Assembly (NCBI GenBank): GCA_036172245.1 | Contig: JAYWIR010000005.1 | Location: 1,426,001-1,490,000, forward strand | Direction of reading: 5' to 3' | DNA length: 64,000 nt | Source of the DNA: Raillietiella orientalis | Taxonomy: Eukaryota | Shown here: piece after piece, positions 59,311 through 64,000 of the stretch | How positions within the stretch are numbered: position 1 is the stretch's first letter | Layout: every line of letters starts with the position of its first letter | Translations under genes and position numbers: made by a program | The notes under the pieces: model-generated | The model's database searches: none | What the model saw: the letters and a program-made list of their open reading frames with translations, nothing else | What the model was told of the DNA's origin: nothing

Positions 59311-60815
59311 GCCGGATGCTCCGGGGCGTTCATCTCGTATGAAAAATGAACACTGGTAGTCGCTGTGGCTGGACCGGTGCTCCAACCACATCTTTTTCAG
59401 ATCAAAACTGCCGCTTTACCGGCGCGCAGACGAGTGAGGTCCGCAACGGCAGCGGGGGGAAAGGGGGAGCAAGCAGAAAGAAAAGAAAACGAAAATAAAA
59501 ATAAATACATAAATTTATGGGGAAGGGAGAGGGTGCAAGAAGGGATTACGTCCTGCTGAGGACGCTCCTCTGCATCCTTATGAGGGTGCCGGCAAGCTCT
59601 TGTTGGATGCTATTGTCCAGGCGGGATCATCTCGTTGCCATCCTCGTGAAGCGGTCGAATAAGTGGATGTGGTGTCTGTCTGTCGGAGTCTGGCTAACGA
59701 AGTGGGTGTGGAGTCCTTGTTTCTCGATCCTCCTGTTGCGTCGCTCCAGGCAGCGGCAATCCTTCGTAGGCATCAGAGGACTACTGGAGAGCTGCAGGGC
59801 GAAGTGCATCGCGAACGAGGAGGAGACTTAAAGGGTCCCTGGGGTTTCCGCTGAGGGTTCCTAGGGTCGCGACGAAGCGTTCCCAGAGGGGCCGGAGGGC
59901 AACACAGCCCACTAGCAGGTGCGCGAGCTGGGATTCCTGATCCCCACACCTGGCACAGTTCGGGTTCGGTGATGCCTGCGGGCGTTGCACGAGAGGCCCC
60001 AGGGCAGCAGCACCAGCGGCGCCGACTCCTGTCACTCTGAGGGGCGTGTGGGTGTTCAAAAGCACTGGGGAAGGGCGGGTGGAGGTGGATCGACGTCCAC
60101 CACGGACGAAATACAGCGCTGCCGGACGCGAGCGGCAGAGGGCACCATGGTTTCACCAGGTGCTTCCGACGTCCCTGAGGGGCGTGGTTGAGGTTTCGAG
60201 TTGGGCTGGGCTGAGCTGTCCGTCAGGAGGTCCTTGAGCCGCCTACACTCCAGCCGGGTTTCGTACCGCGTTCCTTAAATAGGGAGGTATCCATAGAAAC
60301 GGGGCCACAAGAGTTCTATTCTCCTGCATACCGTCTCGAAGTTAGGGGGCAGCCCGTAGGGGTCACCCCATGAATCCATGAAGGCTCCGGAGGAGGAAAG
60401 GAGTCCGTTCCTCGTTACTCTTGGTAGGGCACCCCAGAGGGAACCAACTCTTCCTTATTCTTTCCGGAGGGGTTCTCTGGTTTGCGGGGTCCACTGGTGT
60501 CTTCTACGGAGGGATCTCTTTGTAAGGATGTGTTCTTGGTACCCTTCTTCGAAAGAAATCCCGAAGGACTCCTTGAGCAGTCCTGAAAGGACCTCGGAGG
60601 GTCAACTTCTAGTCCCGGATAGCCAACGGGAGCATCCGGCCTCCGCCAATGCCGCTACACCCGAATGGACCAATTAGAGCCATCCTGTAGGGAGGACACT
60701 TAAAATGCATGATACCACCCCCTTATTCTCGACGTAGACCCTTCTCCGGGCCGGATTCGAACCCGCGATGCCCGGTAGACCCGCGGAGGTTGCCAACGCG
60801 GGGTGCCTTAGGAAT
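59311..60815 (-). mobile_element. Most complete composite SINE-like element: tRNA-like head, body and Tx1-derived 3' tail (~1.5 kb)
   Basis: Perfect B-box GGTTCGAATCC (60753-60763, minus) preceded by CTAAGGCAC. Body 60640-60300, Tx1 C-terminus, UTR motif at 59408-59452, terminal hairpin at 59311-59332. Confidence 0.72.
59745..60466. repeat. 722-bp exact duplication, copy 2 (copy 1 at 33398-34119)
   Basis: Same sequence and same orientation as 33398-34119. Confidence 0.9.
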
Positions 60816-63339
60816 GAAGGCGGCGCGGCGCTCCTTCGTTTCTGGGGCTGCTGCATTGCTCGGCGCTTGCTGGGAGACCATCCCCGTCCCCACTTCCTCC
60901 CTTCCTCCCTTCGGACCCTGCTTCTCGGCTCAAACCGAGAGAGTTCTTCTGCACATCCCGTGCCGACATAGGGAGCCACGGTTCTCCCGGCGTTCGCGTT
61001 CAGGGTCAGAAGCTCCATTTCTCTCTCTTTTCCCTTTAAGGGCGCCCTGAACTCTAACCGCAATGCCCGATGGAAGCTCTCTCTGCCGAGTTCCCATTCC
61101 TCCAGAGTACTGACGAAAGGATAGCATCGAAGGGAGAGCCTTTCCTGGGCTCCTTGATCTCCCCTGGGCGGAATCCTCCGCCTCCGGCGCCTCTCACCCC
61201 GTGCTTCTCCCAGGAGGCTGCAGCAGTGACAGTCGCCTCCCGCCGGAGCAGCACGCGGCAGCAGCGGTAAGGAGTCCAGGGAAGCGGTTCAGCATTGGAG
61301 AGGGATGTCCTCAGGCACCCTCAGCGCCTCCTGGACGGCCGCGCAGATGGGAGGGGACTTCCTGGGGCGAACACGACGACACCTCGCTGTTTCGAGGAGC
61401 GCTGCACCTTCCGTCGCGGTCCGCAGGTCGCGATCGGTCCACCAGCCGGAAAGTTCCGGGGCAGGACAGAAGGGAACAGCTGGCCGCTGCCCTTGCACAC
61501 CGGTGAGTGGAGAAGGCGCCTCTCCAAGCGACCGGTGAGGGGGCGAGACAGCCACCGCGGAGGGAATGGCGGCGCTGCGTTCTTCGAGGGCCACTTCCGG
61601 TCCGAACAGGAGCTCCCGGGAAGGAAAGGAGGGAGGAAGAGTAAGGAAGGATGCGCGCATCCTACCCCCGTCTTGGAGGAAAGGCGTTCTCGGCTGCAGG
61701 GGGAGAAGGGAATCCCGGGTCGCTCGCTTCCGTCGCGCCTCCAGTGCGTCTTCCTGTCAGCCCGGGCGGAGCGACCCTTCGGCAGTTTCTCTAGACAGGT
61801 CTTCGAAATCGGTCTCCTCGAAGGAGCTGCCCTGCTCCCCGGCCGGGAGACTTCCGGCTTGCACAATGGAGTTCTCCCGGAAGAGAGAGAGGCACCTGCA
61901 TCCTCGCCAGTTCGTCCTCTCGTCGAGAATTCGATTTTCGGATCCCGCTAATGGTGTGGCGCTTCCCCCCCCCCCCCCCTCCAGGAAATGAGTGGCGGTG
62001 CCACAGCAGAACGACAAAGCAACTAAGAGGAGGGAGCAGGAAGAAGAGGGGGAGGGGAGGTAACAAATACCTTGAAGCGATCGATAATCGAAAGCTCCTG
62101 GAATTAAGGGCTTTCTCCTCGTAATCAGCGCGCTTTGAGAAATCCCACAGGTTCCCCACTTCTTCGCAAGGGCTCTGTCGCTCCCGATTCGGCAGGAGTT
62201 GCAAGCGGGGAAGGGGCGCGACTTCTTCTTCCCTCCCCCCTTCTCCCTTTCTTCTTCCGGGAGTCGGTTGTCACGGCACCCCGGACGCCGGCGAGTTTCG
62301 GGAGCCGGCGGCCCCGCCTCGGGTTCAAGTGGGCATGCGCTGGCCGGGAAAGACGACGGGGGGGGGGGGGAAGGGGTACACCGCGTCATCCCTCCCTCCC
62401 TCCGTGGGAGAGAGCAATCTGCCGAAGAAATGGAAGAAAGAAGATCCGAACGTGCGTTTGGGTCCTCCCATGCTCCATCTTCCGTCGAAGCGCCCGGTCA
62501 GGCTCGGCCTTCGGTGGTCACTTGCGCTGCCTGCTGCCGCCGCGGCGACTTGAGAGAACTTGGCGGCCGTCCTCCTTGTGAATCGATCTGGATGCAGGGC
62601 TGCCGCCATCAGGTTTCGCCCACCTGGTCTCGCAGTTGCCAGCTGGCGCGCGAAACCTCGCGTTCCTCCCTCTCGCCGACAAGAGAATTGACAGCCATGA
62701 AGTCCGAAAACAAAAGTGGGGAGGGGTGGGGCGGGGAGGGTAGAGGCAAGTTTGACCCGGAGCAGGAGAAAATGCGTTCCGAAATCTGGAAGCTGAGAGC
62801 GGCAGAGCGCCTATGCGCCGCCGACGCTGCGGCTTCGTTCGTACAGAACGTCCTTGAGAACAGAGTTGGGATGAACGTCTGCGAGATGACGATGATGGCC
62901 GTTCGTCCGCTCTGCATCCCGCAGGCAGTGAAACTGATTCCAGAGCTGCACGAGCAGCCGGCTGCTCCCCGAGATCAATGTCAGCCTCTTACGAGAAAAG
63001 CTGATGGTCCCGCCTTGAACCCGATCCCCGGCCTCCGAGCGCAGTTTAAGGGAGCTGCTGCCGTTTCGCTCCTTCCTTCCTTCGCGCGCGATCCCCTCGT
63101 CCCCTTCGGTTTCTGGGCGCGCTTCCGTAGCTCCGCTGCTGCACGCACTCGTAACCGTTCGCACGGAGTCCGCACCCTTTCCTCCAAAGAGGGGAAAAAC
63201 CGTCCGCCCCTCCTCGGCTACACGCAGACTAAAAATAAAAAAAGCTATGGCATGGCAGGTTGGCATGTGCTTCAGTCAACCCTTTGTGCAGTCATCCCGG
63301 ACATGGGAACAGACGGGGCACTTGAATTGTCACCAGGGT

Positions 63340-63605
63340 GCGCAAGGGTGTTCACTCTCGATTCGCAAAGAACTCAAGAACCGTTCGCCATGGGGGATCA
63401 CGAAGCTCTTTAAGACTGTCCACGTCACCTGAGGGTTCACATGACCTTCCAGGTTATAGGGGGACCCCGGAGGGACCACTCATGAATCCAGGAAGGCTCT
63501 GGAAAAAGGAATCTGTTCCTCTCTTTCTCTTGGGAGGAACTCCGAAGTGAACCTTCGCCCTGGTCGTCTCCGAGGAGAACTCCGAAGGAAACCTCTTCCT
63601 TATTG
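63340..63605 (-). mobile_element. Partial body of the composite SINE-like repeat
   Basis: AAGAACCGTTCGCC...GATCACGAAGCTCTTT and CATGAATCCAGGAAGG blocks match the reverse complement of 41080-41210. Confidence 0.7.
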
Positions 63606-64000
63606 TAAGAGAAGGAGGACGAAAGGAAGAAAGAGGGGAAGAAACGAAAAGAGAGAGGAGGAGGGAGAGGAAAAAACGAAAAGCAAAGAAAGAAGAGGGA
63701 GGGAGGAAGTGAGGAGGAAGGGATGCGACTGATGCGAAAAGATTCGGGAGAATAAATACCGAGATGCACTGAAAAAAAACTTCAACACCTGATCAGGCTC
63801 AGTAGCGATGCCAAGGACAGCTGAACATCGAGCAGGCGCGCCGTCTATGCGTGCAACCCTAACGCGGACCTTTGAAGAAAACGAGCCGAAGGTCCTCAAC
63901 TCGTTTAGAGATGCAGTTTCGACAAACACATAATCAGGAAAATCGCGTCATGGCTGCGAGAGCTCCAGAGCATCACAAGGTTACTCGACCGTGATAAGAC

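Noticed and set aside
60740..60815. Functional tRNA gene
   Set aside because: A B-box is present but there is no acceptor stem or clear A-box; it is better explained as a SINE head.
62199..63413. 404-aa plus-strand ORF
   Set aside because: No domain motif, and it ends inside a repeat copy; likely a chance ORF in GC-rich DNA.

Overview
Eukaryotic, probably arthropod, genomic DNA with one intact host gene embedded in a dense field of mobile-element relics. The gene is an 11-coding-exon, 307-aa six-EF-hand calbindin-32/Cbp53E orthologue (36425-50570, +). The first ~23 kb is a nested pile of L1/Tx1-clade LINE copies, including one full-length but lesioned copy (1658-7291) with a perfect 26-bp target-site duplication. 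The same region holds an endogenous CRESS-DNA-virus Rep pseudogene that still has its TAGTATTAC origin hairpin, and an internally deleted piggyBac carrying Utopia/NeSL-like and Tx1 insertions. The most interesting signal is a coherent LINE/SINE system. The Tx1-like copies share a covarying 3'-UTR RNA structure (outer stem plus an inner hairpin with a YCUGCG loop) and a terminal hairpin after the poly(A) signal. A composite ~1.5-kb tRNA-headed non-autonomous element carries this same tail. All family assignments come from motifs read by eye; no database search was run, and relic boundaries are approximate.
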